64,000 nucleotides of DNA from Octopus sinensis (taxonomy: Eukaryota): contig NC_042999.1 of NCBI RefSeq assembly GCF_006345805.1, positions 27,156,001 through 27,220,000 of the forward strand, read 5' to 3'. Under the pieces are notes generated by a model, which worked only from the letters and a program-made list of their open reading frames with translations, was not told the DNA's origin and searched no databases. Within the stretch, counting starts at the first letter, position 1, and each line of letters begins with the position of its first letter. A program made the translations under genes and the position numbers. Below are positions 24,917 to 39,201 of this stretch, one piece after another.

Positions 24917-25217
24917 TCACGTGATCACGTGACCGACCAGACCATCAGATGTTTTTACACATCGCTGGTCACAATGCGTTCGCATTGTTTTAGCCTTCGA
25001 ATGACGCCACCCCGCTGGCTAAGCGAGCAGGCCAAGAGAAGAAAGATAGAAAGAGTGGTGACAGAGTACAGCAGGGATCACCACCCCTGCCGGGGCCTCG
25101 TGGAGCTCTTTATGTGTTTTCGCTCAATAAACACTCACAACGCCCGGTCTGGGAATCGAAACCGCGATCCTACAACCGCGAGTCTGCTGCCCTAACAATT
25201 AGGCCATTGCGCCTCCA
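24917..25217 (-). mobile_element. tRNA-derived SINE (family C) with (AAT)n tail
   Basis: Minus strand GGAGGCGCAATGGCCTAATTGTTAGGGC (A-box), GGTTTCGATTCC (B-box); ends GGTCACGTGATCACGTGA then AAT repeats at 24861-24916. Confidence 0.85.
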
Positions 25218-25239
25218 TTTATCATTATTATTATTATTA

Positions 25240-27672
25240 CTTTTTTGTTTCTTCTTTCAAATTTGCTTCCATTTCTTGCCGAGTGTTTCCCGACTCCTAG
25301 GGCAAAGAAACTCATAGTATACATTGGTAGGCCATTAAACCAAACTCAGTAGTTCGTTAATTTAAAAAAAATTTTTTTTTTAAAGTTAAATTAAAATACA
25401 TGAGCAGCAACAGTTCTCACATCGACAATGCTCTTCTCAATACGTGTGATGTACCAGTTAAGACAATCTTTTGCACTTCTTGCAGGGATGGTAAGCCAGG
25501 GATCATTCTCATATAATTTTCGGTTCCCTTCTTGATCATTCCTAGTGCTCCTACGATCACTGGTATTGTAACCGCCTTGAGATGCCACATTTTCTCAATT
25601 TCAATGAGTAGGTCTTTATATTTTCTGAGCTTGTCAAACTCTTTCGCTGAGATATTATGATCACAGGGGATGCTCATGTCGATCAATAAGCAAACTTTAT
25701 TGTTTTGGTCTTTCACAACAATATCTGGTTTATTGGCCTTGATGGTTCGGTCTGTATGTACTGGAAAGTCCCACAGAATGGTTACATTTTCTCCTTCAGT
25801 TACAGCCCCAGGGTGGTGATTATACCACTTGTCGGCAGTTTTGATATTGTAATGCCGACTTATTAGCCAGTGGAGATATTGGCCAACTCTGTCATGTCTT
25901 AATTTATACTCCACTGGTGCTAAGACTTTACATCCAGAGATTAGGTGGTCCACTGTTTCAATCATGTCGTTGCAGAATCGGCATTTTGGGTCTGCTCCAT
26001 TTTTCATTACATTGGCCTGGTAGTTCCGGGTTAATAGGCTTTGATCTTGAGCAGCCAGGATGAAACCTTCGCTCTCTGCTTTTAGCCCTGAGCTCCGTAG
26101 CCACTGATGGGTTTGCTTCTGGTCAACATCAGCTTGTTTGCTGCGGGTCACATATTTGCCGTGCAGAGGTTTCTCCTCCCACCTATCAGCCAATTGCTCG
26201 TGCGCTTTTTTCATTGCCATCATTTTCACCTTCTTTGCAACAATAGTTGCCGTACTTCCCCCGGGTTGTTCAGTTTGGGTATCCTGCACGAAATCAATAG
26301 CACATTTTTTGCTTTCCTTTATGATAGAATGAAGCTTCTTTCGTCTCTCGTGATTTTCCACGAGCTTTAGCATCCAGTCATTCGATATTTCGAGATATTT
26401 GGCCAGTCCAATTGTGGTTGTTTTGTAGACTAGTTCAAATTGGATCAGGCCTCGATCTCCTTGGGCTCTGGGAAGGTAAAGGCGATCTACGTCTGCCTTT
26501 GGGTGGTGCATCCTATTACAACTCAGCAGCTTGCGTATTTTCCTATCTATATTGTTTACTTCACTCATATTCCAGTTCAACACATTGTAGCTATAAGTAA
26601 CAACTGGAACTGCTAAGGAATTTATAGCTAACACCTTGTTACGTGCATTTAGTTCAGATTTCAGGACTGCACGAACTCTCCTATAACATTCCTTCCTGAT
26701 CTTCTCTTTCATGCTTGCATGCTGAATACCAGAGCCTTCATTTATCCTAAATATTTGTATGTTTGTTCTTGCTCAAGCTCTCTTATGACTGTGTCAACAT
26801 CTAACACGACTGAATTTGTGGTCTTCACTTTCCTTTCTGGAAAGTGGCCTTGGCACACTTCTCAAGTCCAAACTCCATCTCGATGTCATCGCTGAATGCT
26901 TTCACGGTGCGCAATAGGCCTTCAAGTTCATTATTGTCTTTACCATAAAGTTTTAAGTCATCCATATAAAATAGATGGCTTATTTTTTTATTGGCAATTT
27001 TATACCCATACCTGTTCTGTTTAATTCACTTGTAAGGGGTATTAGGGCTATGCAGAATATTAAAGGTGAAAGTGAGTCACCTTGAAAAATTCCACAGTTG
27101 ATGTTTATATTTTCTGAGGCAAGTACTCCATTAGAGTGGTTATAATTGGAGATTCGTATCCACAACGACATATTGTGCTTCAGGAAGTTTGAAATCACAG
27201 GGGAAATTTTTAAGATGTCCAGCGATCTCAAGATCCATGGATGCGGTATACTGTCGAAGGCCTTTTTATAGTCAATCCATGCGGTGCTGAGATTTCTGCG
27301 CTTGTTGTGACAGTTCTCAAGGATCATACGATTGATTAGCAGTTGATCTTTGCATCCGTAAGAGCCTCGGCGGCACCCTTTTTGTTCAATGGGGAAAATA
27401 TCGTTCTTCTCCATGAATGCATATGTTTTCTCCGCCAGGATAGATGTTAGGATTTTATACGTGGTGGATAGACAGGTTATAGGCCGATAGTTTTTTGGAA
27501 GGTTGGTTTCGTTATTCTTTGGGAGTAAGTAAGTAATGCCACTTGCTAACCATTCAGGTGTTTTCTTTGGGTCTCTCATAATTCCATTGAGCAGCTGAAC
27601 TAGCTTACCGTGTGCGCATGGGAGCGATGCTAGCCAGAAATTCGGCACCCTATCTTTACCGGGGTATTTCCA
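25240..27672 (-). mobile_element. 5'-truncated R4/Dong-clade non-LTR retrotransposon (RT + CCHC + restriction-like endonuclease)
   Basis: RT motifs YRPITCL, WIDYKKAFDS, GIFQGDSLSPL, YMDD (26957-26968); CRFC..ETVDHLISGC, RHD, KPDIV, LLIDMSIP..KYKDL; 3' UTR 25240-25416; (AAT)n at both ends. Confidence 0.93.
25417..27672 (-). pseudogene. R4/Dong ORF remnant broken by at least three frameshifts (about 27010, 26835, 26750)
   Basis: ORF-track pieces 26980-27858 and 25417-26712 plus an intervening frame carrying KISHLFYMDDLKLYG..FGLEKCAK. Confidence 0.9.
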
Positions 27673-27836
<164 letters not shown>

Positions 27837-29542
27837 ATTTGCTAGAGTTGTTCATCAAACAATTATATACTGCAACGCAATTGTTTGCTGTGCCTTGAAT
27901 ATTTCTTAGAGAAGTTATACATACTATTGTAATATGTACATATATTCATACATATGTGTGTGCGTGTGTAATATTTGTGTGTATACAATATATATGTTTA
28001 TGTATGGATATGTGTGCGTATTCTTGTATGTGTGTATTTGTATATATAAGTGTATATATGTACACATATTTCGCCTGGTGAAGGATACCGAGATGAATAA
28101 AATTTAAAAACCAGTTCACAGGTAATCCTCTGCAATAATTGATTCTACACAAAGGTAGGGGTACTTCTATTTCCCTCTGCTCTCAGAAATATAGTAAAAT
28201 AGTCCTACTGTCACTGGAATGGAAAACTGTGACAACCGAAGTTACTGTACACTAGTTGAGATATAAATTTATTCTTGGATTACTTCTACACTCTACGATT
28301 TTGTCAGTGTCTTTTTTACTATCATTCATTTATATACATACAAACATATATACATACGCACACAGTAACAGACAGACAGACCTATACATACGCATTCACA
28401 TACACATATACACACTCGTGCGCGCGCCGCACACGAGCACGTATATTTTTACAGGATGTTTATTACAGAATATAAGTTATATAACCTTTATTTTGCTTTT
28501 ATCTAAACCGTGATACACTTAAGTCAATATATACTATGTTTCGTTCTTAGGCAGTATATTTTTAGATTATACTATATTTCCTTCCATTTTCTCTCGCTTC
28601 TACGCCGTTTTCTTCCTCATTAGAATTCATTTTTCCCTTGACGCTCAGTATTTCCTCTTCAAATGCAATATTATCTTCTGTTATTCTCTTCCGTCACGCA
28701 GCAACCATATCACACACTGTACTCCTCATATAACCGAACACTTGATTTTTATTCCTATGTTTAAACCTCACTTATACTCTTGAGACCCTATTATTTCACC
28801 AAATTATAAATAGCTTTTGAGGATTCCCTTATGGTTTCCTTTCGATTTAACACATCGTTAATTCATCTAGTTACATTAACTATTCTGAGTCATATGTCTC
28901 TTGATAGATTACAACAAACTAACCAATGCTTAACACATCTTGATAAAGCAGCATGCATTATTGACTTTGCTAGCAAGTATTCAAACATCGTGGCTTTAAT
29001 ATCGTTGACTGCTTCCAGTTGAGTCACTTTCTTCACATGACATCATATTGTAAATAAGCAGGGTGTGAATACTTAAGGTTATTTGTTCTCCTGAGGCGTG
29101 ATCTTCCATCGTTATTTTCCAGAAGTAACAAGGTAATCAGTATTTGTCCCAAAGAAACCCCAAATAAAGTATGAAATTCTTCGTAGAGAAATATTAGCAC
29201 AATTATGACAAAGCAAAATGTTTGCTTTCTCAGTGTTGACAAAATCTTCTAATCCCTCTTATTTATCTAAATCAGTCCTACCGACACTGGGAAATACTGT
29301 CCTTCTGGGGACGCTAGGAAAATCTAGAGGGCTTTGAAGAAACACGAGGTGATAATGGAGTGGTCAAATGGGGTTACTCGATTACAATGCTCAACTACGT
29401 ACTTTTCTCAGGTTTACAAAATAGAGTTTAAAAGCTTGTCATAAAATTCCTAAGGGAATTGCATAGAAAGATATATTACCGACTAAAAGCAACCTCAGAA
29501 ACAATATATTTGTGTCAAGTGTAGCAGCAGCAACAAGATCAA

Positions 29543-29608
<66 letters not shown>

Positions 29609-30811
29609 GTGTGCGTGCGGGTCAATGTGTCTGAATGTATGTTAAGGATGGGGGTTCTTCTTGTTCTAAAATTGTACCAGACTGTTGTATTCCCTAGACA
29701 TCTGATATTGATACTACTGAATACCTTTCATACCAATGCCAAATACGTGTGTGTTATTTAAATTCAGTCTTTTTTTGAATCTTTGAATCCTCATAAAAAA
29801 TAATAATTACACTGAGGGGATTCTTAGACACAAACAATGAATTTTTATAATTTTATTATGGGTAAGAATCAAAACAATTGTATGTCATTCGTCTTCAATA
29901 TCTATTACTTATTACTAGCAGAAAGATCACGCTCCCGGCGGTTTTCTGCTAGCCACTCTGTGACATGTCTATATTTGATTCCCAATTCTAATAATTTTTA
30001 TAGTTTAAGTCTAATTATTTTCTCGTGTTTTTATGTTCACTTGCTTAGTAAATATTGATTTAATTATTTTATTACAGTCATAATCTCTCTTTTTTAATCA
30101 AGCATCAAGGTAGTCCAACTACGTTTGATGTGCCAAAAAACATCAGCGATCGCATAGAGGTATTTTAATACCTATAACGTATCAAATAGCCATAGGAATG
30201 AAATTCACTTGCTAGATAACGACGCAAAGGAAATAAATCACATGAGTTTGAAGCTTCAGTAAGTTTTAATAAGTTGCCCATTATGATTTTTTTCAGTATG
30301 TATAAATAATAAACTTAGTGTATTTATACGGCGAATTTAAGTCAACAAAATACATGATTTCCTCATCTGAAATAATGAAATAAAACTTGAAGGGAAAACT
30401 TTATAACAAATATATATTAAGTAGATTATTATTAATGAAAAAAATTAGAGGCGAGGGAGAGAGGAAGTGAATGACTGTGTTGCAAATGAAAACGATGCAT
30501 TTTGTCAGAACATATTAATATTGTATATCAAATGTCAAAGTCTGCAGTGAACGTAACGCTTGGCAAAAAATATTTAAATTTGTGATAGTAAATAATAAGA
30601 TGCTTCGAAAGTGCCTTTTTTTCGATATATATTAACAGACGAATTTATAAAAATTTTCCAGAGTCAAACCTATAATATGGTTATTATGGAGGGTGTGAGT
30701 AACTAACTAAGTGACAGCCCAGAAATTTACATGTAGTTATATATCTGAGTCAATCTATTATATATATTTATCATTAATAATTGGTAGAACTTATATAGGT
30801 GTGCAAAGAGA

Positions 30812-30946
<135 letters not shown>

Positions 30947-31182
30947 GGATAAATGGATATACACACATACACACAAGTCTGGTGCTGCGAGGACACATGG
31001 TAATGCCGTTTCCTTACTTCTTCAAATGTACCCAAATTTAAAATGATCTAATTTGGTATCATTGATCCGATATGTGTTGAAATATACCAAAACAATTTTA
31101 TTCCTTACAAATGTATGTCACCTTACTTATAACTTATATGTTAATTCTACTTACTGAAACTTGCTAAAAAGAATATTTTGCG

Positions 31183-32075
31183 TTAAAGTAGTATCTCCTT
31201 GTATATACAGTCATCAGTAATCATAGTGTTTCCATTTTTCTCAGCCAATATTTTTTCATTAGCCTTCTTTTGAACTCTAGTTAATGCAACATACAGCTGA
31301 ACATGTGAGAAGAATTGTGTCGGAAGATATATTCCAATTCGATGAAAAATCTATTCCTGTGCCTTGTTGCAGGTCAAGGCAAAAGCTGGCTTGACAGGAA
31401 ATTCTTTGCGTGTAAATATGAATGGAAATTCCATTTCTTAAAATGCATGTGGTATTCTTGGGATTAGCAGAGTTGATCTTGCATAAGGACCAGAAGCAAC
31501 CTCAGCCTCCATAACATGATCACGTAAACTGACAATGATGTAGCGTGTGCCATTGCAATGTCCATTTGAAGCATCTAAATTTCACAGAAGTCTTATGCAG
31601 CATTTTCTTCAGTGTGAGAATGTCTGGTGGAAACCTTGATGGTATTTGTTGATGAACTCAATTAGGTACACAGTTTCTCTATAAACTGTATATGAACTTC
31701 TGTATATTTTTAGATCACAAGGGATCCTGGTCAACAGAAAATCATTCACAAATTGTGTTGCTTCCTTTATTGGAGTAACGATTGTTTTATTTGCAAGCCA
31801 CACAGGGTTTTTGAAGTTATTTGTGAGGTCAGCATATACAAAATCGCATAGAACTGAGAGAGTACTACGTTCAAGGAAAAGATCATTAGGTAGTTTGATT
31901 TTGAATTTACCTAGGCTTTGTTCAACAGAGATGTTACCATTTCCTACATCAAGAAGTCAAGAAAGTAATTAGCAAACTCTCTTTCATCAGAATGAGCTTT
32001 TGTAAGAAGTCTTAGATTGTTTTTTCACTCCACTACTTCCACATGATCCCAAAGAAAATATCTCTTTAGTATTAC
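31183..32075 (-). pseudogene. Helitron Rep/Hel PIF1-family helicase C-terminal fragment
   Basis: LKRYFLWDHV..LLDVGNG..WLANKTIVTP..EFIN..NLDASNGHCNGTRY..LLIPRIP..FPFIFTRKEFPVKPAFALTCNKAQG..FFSHVQLYVALTRV..CIYKEILL*. Confidence 0.88.
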
Positions 32076-33064
32076 CTTAACAATTTGTGGTCTGACGCCA
32101 TTATTTTGAAGTATGATATTCTCCTCTCAAGATACCCTAACCAGTCAGGCATGTGTAACGGAAACAGAATCGCGTCTACGTCTCCGTGCATATTTAGACA
32201 TCTGTTTCATCTGATGCAGTCGTCCGCCTTCCTCTCTGCTGTTGTGTCTTTGTTGCTAAATTTTCTTTTTCAGTCGCATACTTTTTGGGACGGCCCATGT
32301 TGAATTGCAAAATTTCAAACGTGATATTTTTGTAATAACGAAATCAAACCTGGAGAGAAATTTTGAGTGTATTTGTGTGTGAGGGAGAAAAGAAGGGGCA
32401 GAGAACATTGCAAACATTGAATGAAAATAAATATGAAATGAAAGAAATCATTTAAGTGAAAGAGTGCAAGAAATAGCAGCGATCACAAAGTTATTATTGT
32501 AAGACTTATAGCGTTTCGAGTACCCATACCAACAAAATCACTTCTTCATTAAAAGAATATATATATATACCGGTATATTAAAGAATTTTCATTTTATCAA
32601 AAATATTCATTTAACAAACTCCGGAAACATAATACTCTTGAAATTATGCCTCGTATCAAATATATATACCTATTATCAAATTATCATTATCGCCTGCATC
32701 GAATTAATATTGTTTATCATTAAACATTAAAACCTATTACACAGTCAATGCTTCAATATTTAAATTTGAAAAGAACTGGGAGTTACTAAAATTCAATAAA
32801 CTTCAGAAAACGAAATTGAAGTAGATTTCTTAGAACATAAATTTATAAAAATATATCCAGACGGCCTTTGATATCTTTCAGTGCATTTAGTAATTGTTAA
32901 ATACCTAATTAATAAGCAACTTTCTCCATTATAGCATAGATATTCTGTTATATTATTATAAGAATATAACATAATATAGTATTATACTAATAAATTTTAA
33001 TTTTTGAATTGACAATTGTATATATTTCCATTTTCTATTCCTTGCATGTATCTCAATTTTCTCT

Positions 33065-33066
<2 letters not shown>

Positions 33067-33117
<51 letters not shown>

Positions 33118-33167
33118 ATATAATATATATATATATGTATATGACTATATGTATGTATATGTATATA

Positions 33168-33206
<39 letters not shown>

Positions 33207-33207
33207 G

Positions 33208-33280
<73 letters not shown>

Positions 33281-33399
33281 TATGTATATATATATGTATA
33301 TGTATATATATATATGTATATGTATATATATGTATATATATAATATATATATATATATGTGCGTGTATATGTATATGTATATGTATATATATATAATAT

Positions 33400-33430
<31 letters not shown>
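33067..33430. repeat. long interrupted (TA)n/(TATG)n microsatellite
   Basis: Direct reading, about 360 bp. Confidence 0.95.
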
Positions 33431-33558
33431 CTTCGTTACAATATCATAAATCAAGAGAAGAGCATACCCTACAAAAAATATAGGGCAGTTTATTTTAGAA
33501 TGTGTAACGTAACAGTTGAGGTAAAAAAATACATTGGTTTCATATCTAATGTGAACTA

Positions 33559-34758
33559 TTAGGTTCTCAAAGTTCTTGCAGAATTTTTTATTTTGGTTTT
33601 AAATGATGTATTTTCAAATTAATGTTCGTTAAATGACTTTATATATCATTATAAAGCCCATTTGTTGGTCTATCGAATCGTGTTACTCTTTTTTTTTTGA
33701 ATAAGTAAGCCATTTTCTCCGGAACGTTGACTATAACATGGACAAAAAGCTAATTCGTACACTTTTCTTATTTCACTTCAAGCTAGGTCGAAAGGCTGTT
33801 GAAATAGCTCGCGATATCAACGATACGTTTGGCCCAGGAACCGCTAACGACGGTACAGCACAATGGTGGTTCAAGAAATTTCGTAGCGGTGACTAGAGTC
33901 TTGAAGCTGATAAGAGCCTTAGTGGAAGCCAATCTATGCACAACTATTCGAGACCTTGCTTCTGAATTAGACGTAACATATACGACAATTTCCAACCACT
34001 TGAAAGAGATTGGGAAAAAATACTTGAGAAACGATAACCAGAAAAAAAAAACGCCGTTTCGAAGTGTGGTCTTCCCTTCTTTTACGCAACAAGAACGATC
34101 CGTTTCTCGACCAGATTATGACTTGCTATGAAAAGTGGATTATTTTACGACAACCGGCGATGCTCAGCTCAGTGGTTGGACGCCGACAAAAGCCCCACAG
34201 CACTTCCCGAAGCCACAGTTGCACATATTGAAGGTCATGGTGACATTTTGGTGGTCTGCGGCCGGTCTCATCCATCACAGCTTTTTGGATCCAGGCGAAA
34301 CCATTACGGCGAGGAAGTACTGTCAGCAAATGGATGAAATGCATAAGAAACTCCGACAACAGCCAGCATTAGTCTATAGAAAAGGACCAAATATTCTCCA
34401 CGACAACGCTCAGCCGCACGTCACACAACTGACCCTGCACAAGTTGAAATGCGAAACTCTGCCTCATCCGCCATATTCACCAGACCTTGCCTACCGACTA
34501 TCACTTTTTCAAGCATCTCGACAACTTCCTGCGTGAGAAATGCTTCGAAAACCAAGACGATTCCAAATACGCCTTCAACGACTTCATCGCCACCAGAACG
34601 CAGGATTTTTACGCTACTGGCACAAACTTATTTCGCGTAGGCAAAAGTTGGTTGATTCTGATGGTGGTTATTTCGATTAATTAAGTTTTGTTTGAGCCGG
34701 GATATGTGCAGCTGAATTTAAAAGTCAAAAACCGCCAGAACATTCTTGACAACCTAGA
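33559..34758 (+). mobile_element. near full-length defective mariner element with TA target duplication
   Basis: TA at 33557-33558 and 34759-34760; degenerate TIRs TAGGTT(C/G)TCAA..; transposase from ATG 33738 MDKKLIRTLFLFHFKLG..QWWFKKFRSGD..TCYEKWILYDN..LHDNAQPH..PHPPYSPDLA..DYHFF..YFD* (34680), with frameshifts. Confidence 0.9.
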
Positions 34759-35184
34759 TATCTCTTCAGTTTCTCTAAACAATAACCGTTCTCTGCAAAT
34801 AATGTTGTTTTTTTTTAAACACAAGAACGCAGGTGATAGTTCAAGAACTATTCCTCTTAAAATTACGATCGGGTAGTTGTCTTCCTCCGCTTCCTAAAAT
34901 GTAGACAACACCCCAGGGCTTCCGTCCTGGAGTTTAGGGTCCCGGAGAGATGCAACACAACAACACTTGCAGCATACGTATAGCGCCTAAAAGAAGATCA
35001 TGTACACTTTAACATCAGGTAGAAATTACTGGAAGCTTGTGGACTCTATCGCAAAGGAATAAGACTGTGTAAATTGTGTATGGCAGAAAGATATATAATC
35101 CTCATGAACTCACATGACCTAGGAGGCTATGAGAGGTAATGGTGTCGGTGGGAACCAAAGGTGTCAGGTAATGCTAAATAAGTG

Positions 35185-36035
35185 CTATGGATAGACCTGT
35201 ATGCCTTTCTCCACAGCAGAATCTATGTCTGTAGATGGGTAGAGTGAAATCACATCCATACTACATACTACACAACCTGTGAGATCGTTGGTGTGGCTGC
35301 AAGTACTGATTTTACTGAGGAGATATTCCGTGCTCACACAGACATCAGGAGACATCTCTATGAGAGGTCGTAACACCTGTGAGATGAAGTAGGACAGCAT
35401 ATAGTTGCTGGAGATATTCGGACAGACTCAAGACTATTGAAAAGTTTGCAAGAAGCTAAGAAAATTTTAGGAAAATAAAAATAAGAATTAAGTGGAAATT
35501 TTACCGATGGGTGTGTTAAATTATAAGGCTCAAAAAGAAAATGACTCTCCCCAGACACAACAGTATATATATTGGTTCTTTATAGCATTGAAGATAACCT
35601 TAAGGACCAGCTTGTGTCTCCATGTATAACTATTCAACGTTAGTGAAAAATTGTTTCAGTGTTCCGACCTTTCTGCATTTGCATATATCTGAGACGTTCC
35701 ATTTACTAGATTTGCAGATGATGGCAAATAGGATGAACGAATCAGAAAACTAAGCCGAGATGTGCTCTATTCCAACTTATTTTTCTCTCAACAACTTGTT
35801 CCTATCATCTCGTCATCTGTCCTTGTTAAGGGTATTCGATCAAAAGCTCTCTTCTCTCTGCTTTCCTCGTTTTGATGTTGCTAACAACAAATCTCCGTTC
35901 GCTCCGCATCATACTTGCAAACGGTTTGAACCGATCTGCGCCGACATTAAGTCCCTTTCGATGAATTTCCACCCACCATATTTCGGTGTGTAAGAGAAGA
36001 CGGGATGTTACCAGTCTCTGCTTCTGCTTTGACAT
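35185..36035 (-). pseudogene. Penelope-like RT remnant
   Basis: LSYFISQVLRPL..STEYLLSKI..VCSMDVISLYPS (RT S-DV-SLYP motif) and an upstream RKGLN motif. Confidence 0.6.
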
Positions 36036-36974
36036 CCTGTCTTCTCTTCTATCTCAACTTTGTAATTTTAAGGTAAATGCAGGAGAATCTACATACGTTC
36101 TGTTAACAAAATTTTGAACGTCATTCTAAGTAATGATTGGTTTACAAAAATTATATACATTTTTGTAAATCTATATACTTTACAGTTTGCCTTCGTATAT
36201 ATGTTTTAAATTTAAGCTTGCTGCGATGTACTCATATATTGGTAAAATAACAGGTATTGTAAATATAAATTGGTATAATTATTTCTTTTTAAAATTAGTT
36301 CAGTGTCAGTAATCAGTACACAACATTTTTTTCTCTTTTTTAAGCTTATATATTAGAACCTCTATCATTTAGGTTTTTTTTTCTTAAAAAGGTATTTAAT
36401 TATGTGTTTGTCGGATTTTCAGAATTGCTGCCTTACATAAAGCGGAATTTCTCGTATTTTTTCGGCATTTTTCCATAATTCACTGGCGTTCCACATTTCA
36501 AAATACTCACAAGCGGATTTTCTTCAAAAGAAAACTTTCAAAGTAAATATTTTTCAACGTCTAAACTCACCACCGCCGCCGCCACCACAAACACACTCAT
36601 CGTACCATTGAAAAACAAACCATAGCTAATTTTTGTTTCTAATTTCTTTTTCGGTAAGTAGTATTCCACATTTTGAAACACTTAAGTTTTACAGAAAAAC
36701 TAAGTTGGCAAAGCTATAATGCATAAATTGAAATTTACGTGTTTCAAAATGTGGAATGCTATAATAGTTAAGGTATATTGTACAACATACACATAGCGAC
36801 CAAATTTACAATCAGATGAATGTCATTTGTTTCTTGCTTATGTTTGTTTCATAAAAGAGCTATTATTTGTAAGATAACTAGTAATAGATACAAAAATGTA
36901 GTAAGTATTTCATTTCTAAACAATAGATAGAACACCATAGATAGTAGTTTGTCATCCCTGCTTCATTCGTTTAT

Positions 36975-38485
36975 TGAAAATGCTATACCTAGTGTGTTTG
37001 CACACGTTGCAAATAACCTAAGTAGTAAACTTAAATCGTTGAACACTGTTATCACAGCCGTAAATGGCATCAAGTATCATACTCTCAATTCCCTACTGTT
37101 TCATCAGCTCTGCAATGAGAAGGATAAAGATTTTGAACTATTGTTTCTGCATACGGAAGTTCGATGGATGCTGATGGGAAACTGCCTGAAAGTTTCTACT
37201 CTCTTTTTAAAACAGTTGGGGGCGGCAGTCCGATAAATTTCAGTACCACTTATCTAAATAGCATACTTAATTTTGTCGCAAAATTACTTCAGACTTGTGG
37301 CTATTTGATTTCATATCCCACATGAGATTGCGGTCGGAATGGTATTTCTTGTTTCTTAGACGACAATCTTGCCAATATCGAGTTATTTTAAAACTAATTC
37401 TTTATACTATTCACATTTTTCGGCTTTGGAAAGGCATTTCAACACCATGTGCTAATTAGGGATGGCATATGAATTATCATTCCAACTCCATTAATGCAGA
37501 ACAAGATTTGGTATTTTCTCAAAAAGAGATTAATGTATTACTCCAATAGTAATGAAATCTGAAATGCCATCAATACCACAATATTTCAGAGATTTGTTTT
37601 TAATTTTTTTTTTTTGCAATACCCTAATTCTGTTTTTTGTGATGAACTAAGAAACATCGAGCAGGACTCACAAAGCTTAAAAGAAATAATTTGCAACCAG
37701 AAGAAAATGAAGTTGAATGTTATCAAGTTAAAATCACGCCTCTGTTCAAGTTAAAAGTTATTCAAATACAACCAAACCCGTTGTGAGAGCTTACAGTTTC
37801 AGAGCCTCCCTGACCTGGAGAAAGAAAAATGCATATCAGGAGATAATATTCAAGATATTGTTCACATATCGATGAGCTGCATAGAGACATGTCTGACAGA
37901 CGTCAAGATATTTCCTTTTGCTTACAATACCAACCTGAGAGATTCCTAGATATCAATTTTGACGTTAAAATGATACTTAGCTGAGGCGAATGTTCGAAGA
38001 AAACATATCAGGATTTTTGATTGCATTTCTCATTGCTACCTTGCACTGCAGAATACAGAGATGACGTACTTTAATGCCCACCCAAAGTTATGTTCAGTAG
38101 ACCGGACTTCGGGACAGCTGCCCACTTTCTTTCTAAGCAAAGTAAAACCAGACTGAAAATTATTGAACCCAAGGATCAAAGAATACTTATTGGTGTCTCT
38201 CTTCCCGATGTCTGGAAGCTGATATCCTTGCACCAAGTACATTCATCGCAGTAAAAATATTAAAACAATTTAGTGAGATGTAAATTTGTTCATTTATACT
38301 GTAAAAACAGCAAAATAATGAGTTAACAAGGTTAATTATTAAAAGTAAGATACGACTGTTTTCATTTTTCGGCAAGAAGAGATCTATGTTTATGGTGAGG
38401 TAGTGTGTGTGTATGGGAGAGGAGCACTTGGGATTTGGGCTGATGGCCAACATGGCGGCAATCCGAAAATGTTTGGGAACCACTT
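36975..38485 (+). mobile_element. hAT (Buster/Charlie-like) transposon remnant with right terminus
   Basis: LNTVITAVNGIK..LFHQLCNE..LLFLHTEVRW..GNCL; C-terminus TRLKI..LPDVWKLISLHQVHSSQ*; terminal AAAATGTTTGGGAACCACT followed by ATCTAAAG (Charlie-like NTCTARAN site). Confidence 0.8.
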
Positions 38486-38782
38486 ATCTAAAGTGAATCC
38501 AAGCTTTCGTTACATACTTGCTTCAGGCTTGTAGCTATATATTTTTTCCTATCCTGCATGAGATAGACAACTATCTTGCCAATCTCGAGTTGTTTTAAAA
38601 CTCATTCTTTATACCATTCACATTTTTCGTCAGTGGGAAGGCATTTCGACGCTATGTGCTAATTAGGGATGGCGTATGGATTATCATTCTAATTCCATTA
38701 ATGCAAAGCAAGATTCAGTATTTTCCCAAAATGAGATTCATGTATTTCTCTAATAGTAGTGAATCTGAAATGCCATTAATAC
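37221..38782. repeat. diverged direct repeat pair: hAT end plus flank (37221-37576 and 38454-38782)
   Basis: Both begin GGCGGCA.TCCGA..ACCACTTATCTAAA and share TCTTGCCAAT.TCGAGTT.TTTTAAAACT..GTGCTAATTAGGGATGGC..TCTGAAATGCCAT.AATAC. Confidence 0.85.
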
Positions 38783-39150
38783 ATAGCACAGAGATATTTT
38801 TTCCATTGTTTTAAGAAAAATACCGAATGTCTTCGTCATCTATAGCTTTTAGTTTGCCTCAAAATCACTAAAACATTTCGCTGCATTGCTACTGCTGGTT
38901 AACATTTTCCCTGTAATATTTCTGAACATTATTAATTTATTGTTCAAAATCATTTAATGAGACTGTGTTTCAACAAAGTTTTTCTATTTGATATACAACA
39001 AATGACTCCACTGATATACACAGAGCTAATAGCAGTTTCAAACATTTCTTCAGGGTTCTACTGTTGCTCTCTGTTGGCTTAAAATTAACTTGTGGTTCGT
39101 CATAAATTTTACTTTTAATATGTAAATAAATGTGTGACACGTGCACGCGC

Positions 39151-39190
<40 letters not shown>

Positions 39191-39201
39191 TGAAAAGCGT
39201 A

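Noticed and set aside
25130-25217. tRNA-like A/B-box sequences (also 1895, 15080, 23530)
   Set aside because: No complete cloverleaf; they continue into repeat bodies and tails, so they are SINE heads rather than tRNA genes
28560-28720. Purine-rich minus-strand frame (RKRITEDNIAFEEEIL..)
   Set aside because: Short, with no splice signals or recognisable domain
32503-32553. Minus-strand ATGAAGA..ACTC-GAAA-CGCTATA hammerhead-like motif (similar relic at 5931-5950)
   Set aside because: C3 is mutated and the 10.1-11.1 pair is broken
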